Source: Nitrospirota bacterium (GTDB lineage Bacteria; Nitrospirota; UBA9217). From it: 64,000 nucleotides of DNA. The number at the start of each line of letters is the position of its first letter. The first letter of the stretch is position 1. Below are positions 22,845 through 32,705 of the stretch, piece by piece. Location of the stretch: the NCBI GenBank assembly GCA_963840455.1, contig CAWIYV010000014.1, forward strand, positions 160,001 through 224,000, written 5' to 3'. Position numbers and translations under genes: made by a program. Under the pieces are notes generated by a model. It searched no databases and was not told the origin of the DNA. It was given only the letters and a program-made list of their open reading frames with translations.

Positions 22845-23459
22845 TCACACTTCATCAGGTGACGGAAGGTCCGTCGCGGCGATGCGCTCCTGCCGCTTTT
22901 GGTCGCGCATGCACGGCAGAGAGGGCCGCGCCACGCCCTGCGGTCCAGCGACCCAGCTCACCGGCCGGCGTTCAGCCCCGATCTTCTTCTGGAGCAGCAG
23001 GAGGCCCTCCATGAACGCTTCAGGACGGGGAGGGCAGCCCGGGATGTACACATCGACCGGGAGGAACTTGTCCACGCCCTGGACGACGCTGTAGATGTCG
23101 TACATGCCGCCGGAATTGGCGCACGATCCCATGGAAATGACCCAGCGCGGTTCCATCATCTGCTCATACAGCCGCTTGATGACCGGGGCCATCTTGATGA
23201 AGACCGTCCCGGCGACGACCATGAGGTCCGCTTCGCGTGGCGTGCCGCGAATCACCTCGGCGCCGAAGCGGGCAAGATCGTATTTGCTCGTGAGGCTGGT
23301 CGCCATTTCGACGTAGCAGCAGGAAAGCCCGAAGTTGAAGGGCCAGACCGAGTTCTTCCTGCCCCAGGCAAGCATGTCCTGGAGCCGGGTCAGAAGGAGG
23401 CTCTGACGGACGGCATCGTCTAGGGTTGGAGCGGAGGCTTTGGTGAGGGACCAGTTCAT
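22845..23459 (-). CDS. nuoB: NADH-quinone oxidoreductase subunit B
   Basis: [34 protein letters not shown]. Confidence 0.97.
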   Translation of the reverse strand: MNWSLTKASAPTLDDAVRQSLLLTRLQDMLAWGRKNSVWPFNFGLSCCYVEMATSLTSKYDLARFGAEVIRGTPREADLMVVAGTVFIKMAPVIKRLYEQMMEPRWVISMGSCANSGGMYDIYSVVQGVDKFLPVDVYIPGCPPRPEAFMEGLLLLQKKIGAERRPVSWVAGPQGVARPSLPCMRDQKRQERIAATDLPSPDEV

Positions 23460-23493
23460 GAAACCGCCTTTAATACGAGAACGAAGAGTATTC

Positions 23494-23708
23494 GACACGG
23501 AGGATACGGAAAAAGCAATGATACCGTCGTGACCGGGGAACAAGAGAACCTTTGACACGGATCACGGCGGATCAAGGTTTCCGATAAAGACGGATAAGGC
23601 AGTGTTGATCATCTTTTGAACCTATCCGCAGCTATAATAGGTACCTATCAGTGAAAATCCGTTTCAAAGATCTTTTCTTCTTTATTTACTGCTCTCTGTC
23701 TCCGTGTC
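23494..23708. repeat. Nested palindromic elements at nuoA/nuoB junction, overlapping nuoA 3' end
   Basis: Outer gacacggaggatacgga...tctctgtctccgtgtc; inner acctttgacacggat...atccgtttcaaaga (23548-23670). Confidence 0.8.
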
Positions 23709-24106
23709 CCCTTGTCATCGCGTTGTTTTATCCCCCAGTCCAGCAAGCCGAGACGCCAGAGATAGGCTAGCGCGGCAGCTAGGACGCCGACGAAGACCAG
23801 GACCTCGGCGTATCCGGCCCATCCGGTCTCCCTGACGGCCACGGCCCAGGCATAGAGGAACGCGGCCTCCAGGTCGAAGACGAGGAAGATCACGGCAACG
23901 AGATAGAACTTGATGTCGAAGCGGACCTGCGCACTGCCCGTGGAGACGATGCCCGACTCGTAAGGCTCGCCGGTCGCCCGTTCGCGGTGGCGCTGTCCAA
24001 GCACGAAGGAAAGCCCGATCAGTCCGGCGATGATCACCACGATGGCCATAAAGTAGACCGCCAGCGGCCAGAACGTCTGATCGTCAATGACAGGGCTAGG
24101 CATCAT
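23648..24106 (-). CDS. nuoA: NADH-quinone oxidoreductase subunit A
   Basis: PYESGI, KFYLVAVIFLVFDLE, GLLDW; C-terminal tail encoded by repeat arms. Confidence 0.95.
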   Translation of the reverse strand: MMPSPVIDDQTFWPLAVYFMAIVVIIAGLIGLSFVLGQRHRERATGEPYESGIVSTGSAQVRFDIKFYLVAVIFLVFDLEAAFLYAWAVAVRETGWAGYAEVLVFVGVLAAALAYLWRLGLLDWGIKQRDDKGTRRQRAVNKEEKIFETDFH

Positions 24107-24279
24107 AAAACTCCTGTGAAATCGGCCTCTTCAGAGGATACCACATGCAGGTTGAAAGTCAAGCGGGGGCGTCTTTGTCGGCCGCGCAGCGCCCCGGTCA
24201 GGAAGGCCATGGCGCATTCCCTTCCTCCGCGGATATCAGTGCTTGCTCGGGACGCGCCTGACACGGAACGCGCGAAGGG

Positions 24280-24308
24280 TTGACAAAGCGATTGCACACT
24301 GTTAATCT
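24280..24308 (+). promoter_or_regulatory. Candidate sigma70 promoter for fkpA
   Basis: TTGACA (24280) with 17-bp spacer to TAATCT (24303). Confidence 0.4.
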
Positions 24309-24348
24309 ACCGGCGGATAATATAATAACAGATTGGAAGGAGCAAACA

Positions 24349-25104
24349 ATGAAGCACATACTGATGACCACAGTGTGCCTTGCTCTGCTGGTGACACCGG
24401 CAGTGCCGGCAGAGAAGAAGGACGAATTGAAGACGCAAAAGGACAAGGTCAGCTATCTGATCGGCGTGGACATGGGCAGAAAGATGAGGGCGGAGTTCGA
24501 CAAACAGTCGATCGATGTCGATCCCGCGGTCCTCGCGAAAGGCATCAAGGACGCCCTGGCCGGCGGAAACATTCTTCTCACCGACGCCGAGCTCCAGGAG
24601 ATCAGGACGGCGCTCCAGAGCGACATAGCGGCGAAGAACATGGAGCGCGTGAAGGCCCTTGCCGAGAAGAACAAGAAGGACGGTGACGCCTTCCTCGCGG
24701 AGAACAGGAAGAAGGACGGCGTCAAGACGACCGACAGCGGGCTCCAGTACAAGGTCATCACTGTTGGAACGGGCAGGTCCCCCAAGGCCACGGACAAAGT
24801 AACGGTGAACTACCGCGGAACGCTCGTTGACGGCAATGAATTCGACAGTTCGTACAAGCGCGGCGAACCGGTCTCCTTTTCGCTGAACCAGGTGATCAAG
24901 GGCTGGACCGAAGGCATCCAGCTCATGAAAGAAGGGAGCAAGTTCACGTTCTTCATCCCGTCGGAGCTTGCCTACGCTGAGCGGGGCACGCCAGGCGGTC
25001 CCATCGGACCCAACGCGGTCCTGATCTTTGACGTCGAGCTGCTGTCCATCGGGGAGAAGGCCCCGGCGGCGGTCCAGCCGGGGAGAGGCGTGACGAACAA
25101 ATGA
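24349..25104 (+). CDS. fkpA: FKBP-type peptidyl-prolyl isomerase (FkpA/Mip-like)
   Basis: Signal peptide, DKVSYLIG, SGLQYKV, FDSSYKRG, VIKGWTEG, LIFDVELL; AAGGAG RBS. Confidence 0.9.
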   Translation: MKHILMTTVCLALLVTPAVPAEKKDELKTQKDKVSYLIGVDMGRKMRAEFDKQSIDVDPAVLAKGIKDALAGGNILLTDAELQEIRTALQSDIAAKNMERVKALAEKNKKDGDAFLAENRKKDGVKTTDSGLQYKVITVGTGRSPKATDKVTVNYRGTLVDGNEFDSSYKRGEPVSFSLNQVIKGWTEGIQLMKEGSKFTFFIPSELAYAERGTPGGPIGPNAVLIFDVELLSIGEKAPAAVQPGRGVTNK

Positions 25105-25153
25105 GGACGCGGCTCGCAGTCGGGAACTCGAGACCGTACACGAAGGAGGGTCT

Positions 25154-25729
25154 ATGAAGGTCATAGCGTTCAACGGAAGCGCGAAGAAGGACGGGAATAC
25201 AGCCATTCTGCTGAATACCGTGATGGATGAGTTGAAGGCCGCCGGGATCGAAACAGAGCTGTATCAGCTCTCGGGCAAACCGATCCAGGGGTGCATCGCC
25301 TGTATGAAATGCTTTGAGAACAAGAACAAGCGCTGCGCCGTGGAGAAAGACATCATCAATGAGTGCATCCAGAAGATGATAGAGGCGGACGGCATCCTGC
25401 TGGGGTCGCCGACCTACTTCGCCGATGTTTCCGCGGGCATGAAGGCGCTCATCGAGCGGTGCGGCATGGTTTCCCGGGCGAACGGGGATATGTTCCAGCG
25501 CAAGGTGGGCGCGGGGGTCGTTGCCGTGCGTCGCGCCGGAGCGTACCACGTGTTCAGCTCATTGAATGCGTTCTTCCTCATCGGCCAGATGATCATCCCG
25601 GGTTCGAGCTACTGGAACCTGGCGCACGGCAGGCTGCCCGGCGAGGTCAAGAACGATGAAGAGGGAATGCGGACGATGAAGCAGCTGGGCCAGAACATGG
25701 CGTGGCTGATGAAGCAATTGAAGAAGTAG
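25154..25729 (+). CDS. Iron-sulfur flavoprotein / flavodoxin family
   Basis: NGSAKKDGNT, CIACMKC...C, GSPTYF. Confidence 0.9.
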   Translation: MKVIAFNGSAKKDGNTAILLNTVMDELKAAGIETELYQLSGKPIQGCIACMKCFENKNKRCAVEKDIINECIQKMIEADGILLGSPTYFADVSAGMKALIERCGMVSRANGDMFQRKVGAGVVAVRRAGAYHVFSSLNAFFLIGQMIIPGSSYWNLAHGRLPGEVKNDEEGMRTMKQLGQNMAWLMKQLKK

Positions 25730-25757
25730 TCCTGAAGAAGATGCGTGGGAAAACGAG

Positions 25758-25788
25758 AACGGGATGCCGAAAAGGCATCCCGTTTTTT
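25758..25788 (+). terminator. Rho-independent terminator
   Basis: aacgggatgcc-gaaaa-ggcatcccgtt followed by T tract. Confidence 0.85.
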
Positions 25789-26048
25789 AATTGCCATGCT
25801 GGTGACCGACTACAAGTGGAGGCCGGATTGAGAGCTGAAAGTACACTTCACCTGCTAGACTGCATACACAACGTCTGGTTCAATCGCCGGATCGTTGGCG
25901 CAAGGACAAACTGAAAAGATTACGCTCCGCCCCCGGCAGAAAAAGGGTTGCTCGGTCGTCTACCGCTCACGTTCATTTACGCATTCTCGTTCATCTGCCC
26001 AGGAAGATATGCAACCGCGACGCTCGATCATGCCTGACAATGCGGTTG

Positions 26049-26732
26049 TTATTTTTTCACTCTATTCGTGATGACAATCAAAAGGTCGTTATTCATTTTC
26101 ATTTTATTCGGCAGGAGCCACGGCGATGATATGGCTACCGATGTCCCGACTGACACCTCATTACATTCTCCCGTCTTGCTGAGGCAGAATGAGGCGGATT
26201 TATGATGCTCATCGTCAACAACGATGCCTCCTTTAAGCCCCTTTTGCTTCTTGTAGAATTTGACGACCGTCGCAAACGAATCATTTGTCCGGTAGCAATG
26301 TTTCGACTTCGTTAGCCCGGACTTATCTTCCCGCTCTTTAATAATGCCTATCTCAGGCGCTGCGCAGACTTCGCGCGTATCGGCATCGGACTTGGCGCCG
26401 GGATAGAATGGTATGCCGAAATCATCCTCGGAGGATTTAAGTTTGATCTCTCTTATCTTCTGCTCTTTCCACTTTTCATATTCTTCTCGCGTTTTGAATT
26501 TAGAATCTTGTGTCATTGTATTCGATTCATCTTTCAGGCACTGCATGTTCAGTATATCCGATACCCTCACGCGAGTGTATTCCTCTTTGTTATTACTTGT
26601 TTTTAACTTTAGTACGGCATTGCCGTCAAGACCGCTGTGAAAGCGGGAAACAAGTTGAATTTCTTTTTTCTCATCACCTAATTCAAACTTTATTATTTTA
26701 TTGTTTTTTAGAAAGACCTTAATCATGACCAT
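26049..26732 (-). CDS. Hypothetical protein in low-GC island
   Basis: 227-aa ORF with GGGGA RBS; AT-rich N-terminal half; no recognised family. Confidence 0.55.
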   Translation of the reverse strand: MVMIKVFLKNNKIIKFELGDEKKEIQLVSRFHSGLDGNAVLKLKTSNNKEEYTRVRVSDILNMQCLKDESNTMTQDSKFKTREEYEKWKEQKIREIKLKSSEDDFGIPFYPGAKSDADTREVCAAPEIGIIKEREDKSGLTKSKHCYRTNDSFATVVKFYKKQKGLKGGIVVDDEHHKSASFCLSKTGECNEVSVGTSVAISSPWLLPNKMKMNNDLLIVITNRVKK

Positions 26733-27070
26733 TCCCCCGTGACCATATATTTGCTCTCTCTCATTGTAATGAACCTTCAGATGGTCAAAAGATGAATTTA
26801 TTATTTTTAATTTTTCTTGTGCCTTTGCTCTGGCACAGCGTGATATGGACTTTTAGGCGATCTGAACTACACTATCTCTAACGGGACAAAACAACGCGAT
26901 CCCCGGCCAACGAGAACAAAAGTATATTAGAATTAGTCTCGGAGATAAAGAAAAAGCAGCAGGCTGCTGTTGGTGCATGCGAACTTCAGCTTGAACTGTT
27001 GATGATATGAAAAAGGGAAACAATCAATGTTACAGGAAGAAGCTTGCACTGTACATGAGAACCCGTCCGA

Positions 27071-27517
27071 TCACACTGCGCCGATGATCTTCTCATACTC
27101 GGCAATAAGTTCGTTGCGCTGGTTGTTGATCCTGGCGGAAAAAATGAAGAACTTCGCCTTTCTCCCTTTGAGCGTCACTTCGGCGAACAGCGTGTCGCCG
27201 GGTACGGCGTTCTTTTTGTACCGCACGACCTTCTGGACAACATAAGGGTCATGATCCAGGTCCTTGCACGCGATCGGGATGAGTGCTGCCGCAACAAGAC
27301 AGACAAACTCATCCTGCGCATAGCCAGGATAGGTGGGCGCACCGGGGAAATGTCCTTCGAGATCCGGGTCCTCATCGCTGATCTCTTTTAATCCCAAGAG
27401 CGTGTCCGGATCAGCGGAGCAATGGAAGACCCCGTCGATCTTCCTGAGGGCTGCGCCCCGGTGCGGCAGGATCGACTCGAGACCTTTTCTGTTGAAGCAG
27501 GTGAATAAGGCAGCCAC
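27071..27517 (-). CDS. FabZ/FabA-like hot-dog fold dehydratase, divergent
   Basis: LPHR, GHFPGAPTYPG, VPGDTL. Confidence 0.75.
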   Translation of the reverse strand: MAALFTCFNRKGLESILPHRGAALRKIDGVFHCSADPDTLLGLKEISDEDPDLEGHFPGAPTYPGYAQDEFVCLVAAALIPIACKDLDHDPYVVQKVVRYKKNAVPGDTLFAEVTLKGRKAKFFIFSARINNQRNELIAEYEKIIGAV

Positions 27518-27730
27518 TGGTTTCTCCTCGTGTGATGAAATATCTGTGAACGAAAGACTCGATCCTTAGGGTCGTTCGTCATTCTCAACGCTTTCTAAAC
27601 ACCTCAGCAAGGAAAGGGTTGGTCAGGAGTCGATAATGGTTCGCGCGATGGGTATAAAGATGTCAGTCCAGCGGCAGTGCCTCTCTGTCTGACAGCTCTG
27701 TGATAATGCCAACAGTATAGACTGGCATGT

Positions 27731-28546
27731 TCAGTTCTGTCCCTCCACCTTTCCGCCCCATTCCTTCAGTTTCCTGCTGATGAAGTCGATGATCTGCTGG
27801 TGCTCCTCGTCGCCCCGGCCGGAAATGGTCAGCGGTTTGCCGAACTCGAAGAACACCTTTTTTGAAGGGTCGACCTTCCCGTAGTCCTTCAGGTATCTTC
27901 CGTTCCCCCATGCGTCGGTCTTGAGCGCGATGGGCACCACCGGGACGTTGGCGCGCTTGGCGAGCTTGATGCCGATGGTGTTGAACTCCGCAGGGTGAAA
28001 GACCTCGGTGCGCGTGGTCTGGGGGAAAATGACGACGGAGCGGCCCGCCTTCAGCCGCGCTTCGCCGCCCTCGAACACGGCCTTGAGGTCGTCGCGGGGA
28101 TTCGTGCGGCCAACGGTGATGGGTTCCCGGGACCGCATGATGTGCTTGAAGACCGGGTAGTCCACGAGGCTTTGCTTTACCACGAAGGTGGAGTCTATGA
28201 ACTGCGAGATGATCGCAGGCAGGACCATGGTCTCCAGGGTGCTCATATGGTTTCCGATGAAGACACATGGTCCGTCCAGGCTCCTGAAGTTGTCGACGCC
28301 GTTGATCTCGATGATTACGCCGATCTCCTCGAGCGCACGGAGCGTTTCCAGGCTGCTGGCGACCCAGTCTGCGGTGGCGTAGTGCCCGCGCTTCGCCTTC
28401 GCGCTGCCCCGCCAGACGAGGGAGAGCAAGCGGGAGTAGAGCCTGACCTCGGGCAGGAACCTGCCCAAGAGCGAACGTGGTCCAGCGCCGGTCCGGTACG
28501 AGCCGTTCACGTAGGTGATGGTGTCCATGGTGAATTCCTTCGTCAT
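27731..28546 (-). CDS. Lysophospholipid acyltransferase (PlsC-like)
   Basis: NHMSTLE, FVVKQSL, IFPQTTR, VVPIAL. Confidence 0.88.
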   Translation of the reverse strand: MTKEFTMDTITYVNGSYRTGAGPRSLLGRFLPEVRLYSRLLSLVWRGSAKAKRGHYATADWVASSLETLRALEEIGVIIEINGVDNFRSLDGPCVFIGNHMSTLETMVLPAIISQFIDSTFVVKQSLVDYPVFKHIMRSREPITVGRTNPRDDLKAVFEGGEARLKAGRSVVIFPQTTRTEVFHPAEFNTIGIKLAKRANVPVVPIALKTDAWGNGRYLKDYGKVDPSKKVFFEFGKPLTISGRGDEEHQQIIDFISRKLKEWGGKVEGQN

Positions 28547-28643
28547 AAGGTCGGTGCTACGAACAGGAACAGTATAGCATCAGGCGGGGTGCAGGTAAAG
28601 GGGCAGCCCGGTGAGGAGGGGCCCGGGCTCGTGAGGGAGGGAC

Positions 28644-30137
28644 CTATGCCAGGTGCGGGGATGGCCGCTGGATGTAGTAGCCCTGGGCGTAATGGATGCC
28701 TGCGGACTCGACCTCGTTGAGGATTGCCTTGCTCTCCACGTATTCGGCGATGGTCTTGACCTTGATCCGGTCGGCGAGGGCGGCGATGCTTGAAACGATC
28801 TCTTTCTCGATCGATCCGTTCCCGCCCATGCTGCGGATGAACTCGCCGTCCACCTTGAGGTAGTCGATGGGGAAGGTCTTGAGGTACTGGAACGATGAAT
28901 AACCGGCGCCGAAGTCATCGATGGCGAACCGGAACCCCTCGTCCTTCAGCGTATGGACGAACTGCTCGAACAGCCGGATGTTCTTGACCGTGTCCCTCTC
29001 GGTGATCTCGAAGACCATGTCCCCGGGATTGATGGCGTAATCCCGGAACAGGGCGCGGATGGTGGGCATGAAGTCGTTGATGACCATGGCCTTGGGCGAG
29101 AGGTTCAGGAACAGGGTGCCGGTAAACTTCTGCTCCTTCACGATGATGAACGCCTGTTCGATGAGCTGGTAATCGATCTTGCCGATGGCCCCCATGTTCT
29201 CGGCGGCCTCGATGAAGTCCGCAGCCGGTACCACCCGGTCGCCGATGACGATCCTCGTCAGCACCTCATAGGCGGTGATGGACTTGTCCTTGACGTTCAT
29301 GATGGGCTGGAAGTAGGGCACGATCCTGTTCTTCCGGTTCCGGAGGGCGTCGAGGATCATGAGGTGCGTATCGCCCATGTTCTTGATCAGTTCCACATTG
29401 TCGCCGTCGCTCGGGAAGGAGATGTTGTCCTTGCCCGCGGTCTTGGCCTGTTCCAGCATGCTGTCCGCCAGGAGGAACAGGTCCTGGGCGTCCTTGGCGT
29501 GGTTGGGGAAGACGGCGACGCCGATGGAGATGGTCTCCTGGACCTGCGTCCCGTCGGGCAGGGTGAGGGAATGGTTCCGGAGGCCGTCCATGAGCCGGTT
29601 GGCGACGACGTATGCCTGCTCCTCATCGCACACCGGAAGGATGGCGGTGAAATTGTCGCCTGCGTAGCGGGCGGGGATGTCGCCTTTCCGGACCGCGGAC
29701 CTGAGGAGCATCGAGAAGTCCTTCAGGAACAGGTCACCGACCTCGTGGCCGAACTTGTCGTTGATCATCTTGAAGTTATCGACGTCGATGAGAAGGAGGG
29801 AGAACTTGTACTCCTGGCGCTGGGAACGCTGGGTCTCGTACTGCAGCAGGTCCCAGAAGGTGTTCTGGTTGTACAGGCCGGTGAGGGAATCGCGGGTGGC
29901 GTAGCTCTCGGCCTCTTTCGCGTAGCGGTCGAGCGTCCGAATGAGCACGACAGTGCTCGCGGCGGGGAAAGGGGTGAGCGCCAGGATCGCGATGGCCATG
30001 GCTTTGAGCGGCGCGGGCATCCCGGACCAGTGCGCGATCAGGATGATCCCCGCAACCCCCATCATGACCGAGACGGTCGTGGCGCCGGCCAGGAGAAGGG
30101 TCTTGATCCTGTTCACATTGTTGATCGTTGGAAGCAT
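28644..30137 (-). CDS. Membrane GGDEF-EAL protein
   Basis: Two TM helices, DSLTGLYN, variant AGDNF motif, EVLTR, IDDFGAGYSS, LKVDG, AEYVE, QGY. Confidence 0.9.
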   Translation of the reverse strand: MLPTINNVNRIKTLLLAGATTVSVMMGVAGIILIAHWSGMPAPLKAMAIAILALTPFPAASTVVLIRTLDRYAKEAESYATRDSLTGLYNQNTFWDLLQYETQRSQRQEYKFSLLLIDVDNFKMINDKFGHEVGDLFLKDFSMLLRSAVRKGDIPARYAGDNFTAILPVCDEEQAYVVANRLMDGLRNHSLTLPDGTQVQETISIGVAVFPNHAKDAQDLFLLADSMLEQAKTAGKDNISFPSDGDNVELIKNMGDTHLMILDALRNRKNRIVPYFQPIMNVKDKSITAYEVLTRIVIGDRVVPAADFIEAAENMGAIGKIDYQLIEQAFIIVKEQKFTGTLFLNLSPKAMVINDFMPTIRALFRDYAINPGDMVFEITERDTVKNIRLFEQFVHTLKDEGFRFAIDDFGAGYSSFQYLKTFPIDYLKVDGEFIRSMGGNGSIEKEIVSSIAALADRIKVKTIAEYVESKAILNEVESAGIHYAQGYYIQRPSPHLA

Positions 30138-30259
30138 CGGTCCGCCTGTGCAAGGGCTGCAAGTATTTGCTACTTTGTCAGCATATACTTGTGACATCCT
30201 CTTGTCAAGGAAGGGAGAAAGAACTTGCATTGACCTGGGAAAAAAGCGAGAATGGCGCC

Positions 30260-31849
30260 ATGAAAATCAGGTCGTTACGCCATGCAGTCGCCCAGATGGT
30301 GATGCCCCGAATCGAGGGAACGCTCCTTTCCGACTCGTCATACCGGGGAGACATGGCAAAGCTCGCGGAAGAGGGCATCGGCGGCTTCATCCTCTTCGGC
30401 GGCGACATCGAGAGCGCGCCGCGCCATCTCGCGGAGCTCCAGTCGCGCGCCGAACTGCCGCTCCTGATCTCCTCTGACGTGGAACGGGGGCTGGGGCAGC
30501 AACTGGATGGAGGAACGCGCTTCCCGAGCCAGCGCGCCGTGGCCTCGGCGATCAAGCGCGGATCGAGCAAGGACACTGCACTTCTCCACGCTATGCTTGA
30601 TGCGGTGCGGACAGAGACCCGCGCGGCCGGCATCCACGTGGTATTCTCGCCCGTCATGGACGTGAACAACAATCCCGACAACCCCATTATCTGTACACGA
30701 TCCTTCGGCGAAGACCCGGAGACGGTGGAGTGGTTCGGCAGGCAGTACATCCGGGGGCTGCAGCAACGCCGACCCGACGGGAAACATGATCTCCTGGCAT
30801 GTGCCAAGCATTTCCCCGGCCATGGCGACACGGACCAGGATTCCCACTCGGTCCTTCCGGTCATCCGGGCGGACAGATCTCGATTGAACCGGGTCGAGCT
30901 GCCGCCGTTCCGCGAGGCGGTCAAGGACGGTGTCGGGATGGTCATGATCGCCCATCTGCTGGTGCCCGCACTGGACCCGGTGAAGCCCGTGACCTTCTCC
31001 AAGAAGGTCGTGACCGCGCTGCTGCGCGAGGGGATGGAGTTCGGAGGGATCATCATCTCCGACGCTCTGGACATGGGGGCGCTCGCCAGGGAGTATCCCC
31101 AGGACGAGATCGCCATCCGGGCAGTCGAGGCGGGCATGGACATCCTGCTCCATCCGATCGATGCCAGGACCACCATCGACGCCGTGGTCAAGGCCGTGGA
31201 GACGGGACGTCTCACCGAACAGCGCATCCGGGAGTCCGTCGACCGCATCATGGCCGCGAAGAAAGAGCTCGGGCTGTTCGACACCCCCCTTCATCCCCCC
31301 TTGCAAAGAGGGGAAATAAAGGGGGGTCGCGCCACGAAGGTCGATTACGAAGCGCACCGCGCGCTCGCGCAAGAGCTCGGCCGGAAGGCGCTCACCGTGG
31401 TCACCGGCGACAGGAAAATACTCCCTCTCGACACCGGGAAAGGCGTTGTATGCTTTGTCCTGGACGATGACAACCAGGGCATGGGCGGCCCGTTCACGCA
31501 GGAACTGATAAAGCGGTTCGGAACCGTAACGAGCACCACGCTGACACCCGGCGTTTCCTTCGCCGATCTCTCATCCCATCCCGATCTCAGCGGCGCCGGT
31601 GCCGTTGTCATCGTGATATTCTCGCGCATAGCGGCATCGAAGGGCCGTTCTGGCATCTCACCGGCACTGCGTGACGCTGCCTTCGAGGTCCTCCGCCGTG
31701 CAAAGGCAGCGGGAAAGCGCTCCGCCGTCATATCCTTCGATAGCCCCTACATCCTCGGCCAGTTCAAGGATGCCGATGTCCTGATCGCCGGGTACGACCG
31801 CATGGACGCTATCCAGGAAGCGGCAGTGGGGATGCTGGGAAGCAAATAA
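30260..31849 (+). CDS. nagZ: GH3 beta-N-acetylhexosaminidase (NagZ-like)
   Basis: DVERG, RSFGED, KHFPGHGDTDQDSH, IISDALDM. Confidence 0.88.
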   Translation: MKIRSLRHAVAQMVMPRIEGTLLSDSSYRGDMAKLAEEGIGGFILFGGDIESAPRHLAELQSRAELPLLISSDVERGLGQQLDGGTRFPSQRAVASAIKRGSSKDTALLHAMLDAVRTETRAAGIHVVFSPVMDVNNNPDNPIICTRSFGEDPETVEWFGRQYIRGLQQRRPDGKHDLLACAKHFPGHGDTDQDSHSVLPVIRADRSRLNRVELPPFREAVKDGVGMVMIAHLLVPALDPVKPVTFSKKVVTALLREGMEFGGIIISDALDMGALAREYPQDEIAIRAVEAGMDILLHPIDARTTIDAVVKAVETGRLTEQRIRESVDRIMAAKKELGLFDTPLHPPLQRGEIKGGRATKVDYEAHRALAQELGRKALTVVTGDRKILPLDTGKGVVCFVLDDDNQGMGGPFTQELIKRFGTVTSTTLTPGVSFADLSSHPDLSGAGAVVIVIFSRIAASKGRSGISPALRDAAFEVLRRAKAAGKRSAVISFDSPYILGQFKDADVLIAGYDRMDAIQEAAVGMLGSK

Positions 31850-31860
31850 CGTCACGACTT

Positions 31861-32005
31861 TTCACCGCAGAGGGCGCAGAGGCAGCAGAGATTTCACGTC
31901 CTTGCGGAAAGAGGAATGTAGTCTTACAAAGTTTCCATAGAATAATTTCCCGTCTTTGCATCTTCTCAAGCTTTGTGATTCAACTCAGCGTTCTCTGCGG
32001 TAAAA
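31861..32005. repeat. ACCGCAGAG-type palindromic element
   Basis: accgcagagggcgcagaggcagcagag ... ctcagcgttctctgcggt. Confidence 0.8.
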
Positions 32006-32030
32006 TACACTGTTTTGCTTTTAGATCATC

Positions 32031-32705
32031 ATGGCTTCCATAGTAATCATCTTCCTCGCCTTCGCCCTCGTCCACAGCATCACGGTCGCCACCTGGTTCA
32101 AGGAGCTGTGCCGGCGCGTGTTCGGCGAGACGTTCATGCGCGTTTGGTACCGCTTCCTCTATACGAGCGTGAGCGGCATCACCGCATGCGTTGCGATCTA
32201 TCTTATCACCCAGGTCTCCGACCGTGCCCTCTGGCAGGGGCCTCTGTGGTTTCGCCTGGTCATGCACGGGATACAGATCGCGGGCTTTGTGTTCGGCGCG
32301 CAGGCGTTCCAGTATCTGGACAAATGGGAGTTCATGGGTTTCCGGCAGGTGTGGCGGTATGTGACGAAAGGGGAGATTGCCGGCAACAGCGAGGGTTTGA
32401 CCGAGAAGGAACTGGTCACGACCGGGGTTTACGGCATCGTCCGTCATCCCCTGTATGTCGCGGGCCTCATCATCTTCACCTTCAGTCCGCATATCACCGT
32501 GAATGGCCTTACCATCACTGTCCTGGCAGACCTCTATTTCCTCTTCGGCATGTTCATCGAAGAGCGGCGGTTCCTGAAGATATTCGGAGAGCAATACTGG
32601 GAGTACATGACGAAGGTGCCGAGGATGGTGCCGAGGATATTCTCACGGCAGGGGAAGGAGAGGCATAACGGGAAAAACGCATTGAACAAAGGAGGCCCGA
32701 TATGA
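32031..32705 (+). CDS. Isoprenylcysteine carboxyl methyltransferase-family membrane protein
   Basis: LVTTGVYGIVRHPLY, EERRF...FGEQYWEY...VP. Confidence 0.85.
   Translation: MASIVIIFLAFALVHSITVATWFKELCRRVFGETFMRVWYRFLYTSVSGITACVAIYLITQVSDRALWQGPLWFRLVMHGIQIAGFVFGAQAFQYLDKWEFMGFRQVWRYVTKGEIAGNSEGLTEKELVTTGVYGIVRHPLYVAGLIIFTFSPHITVNGLTITVLADLYFLFGMFIEERRFLKIFGEQYWEYMTKVPRMVPRIFSRQGKERHNGKNALNKGGPI

Noticed and set aside
25860-25905. Possible attC (ACACAAC...GTTGGCG)
   Set aside because: Too short and poorly palindromic to call
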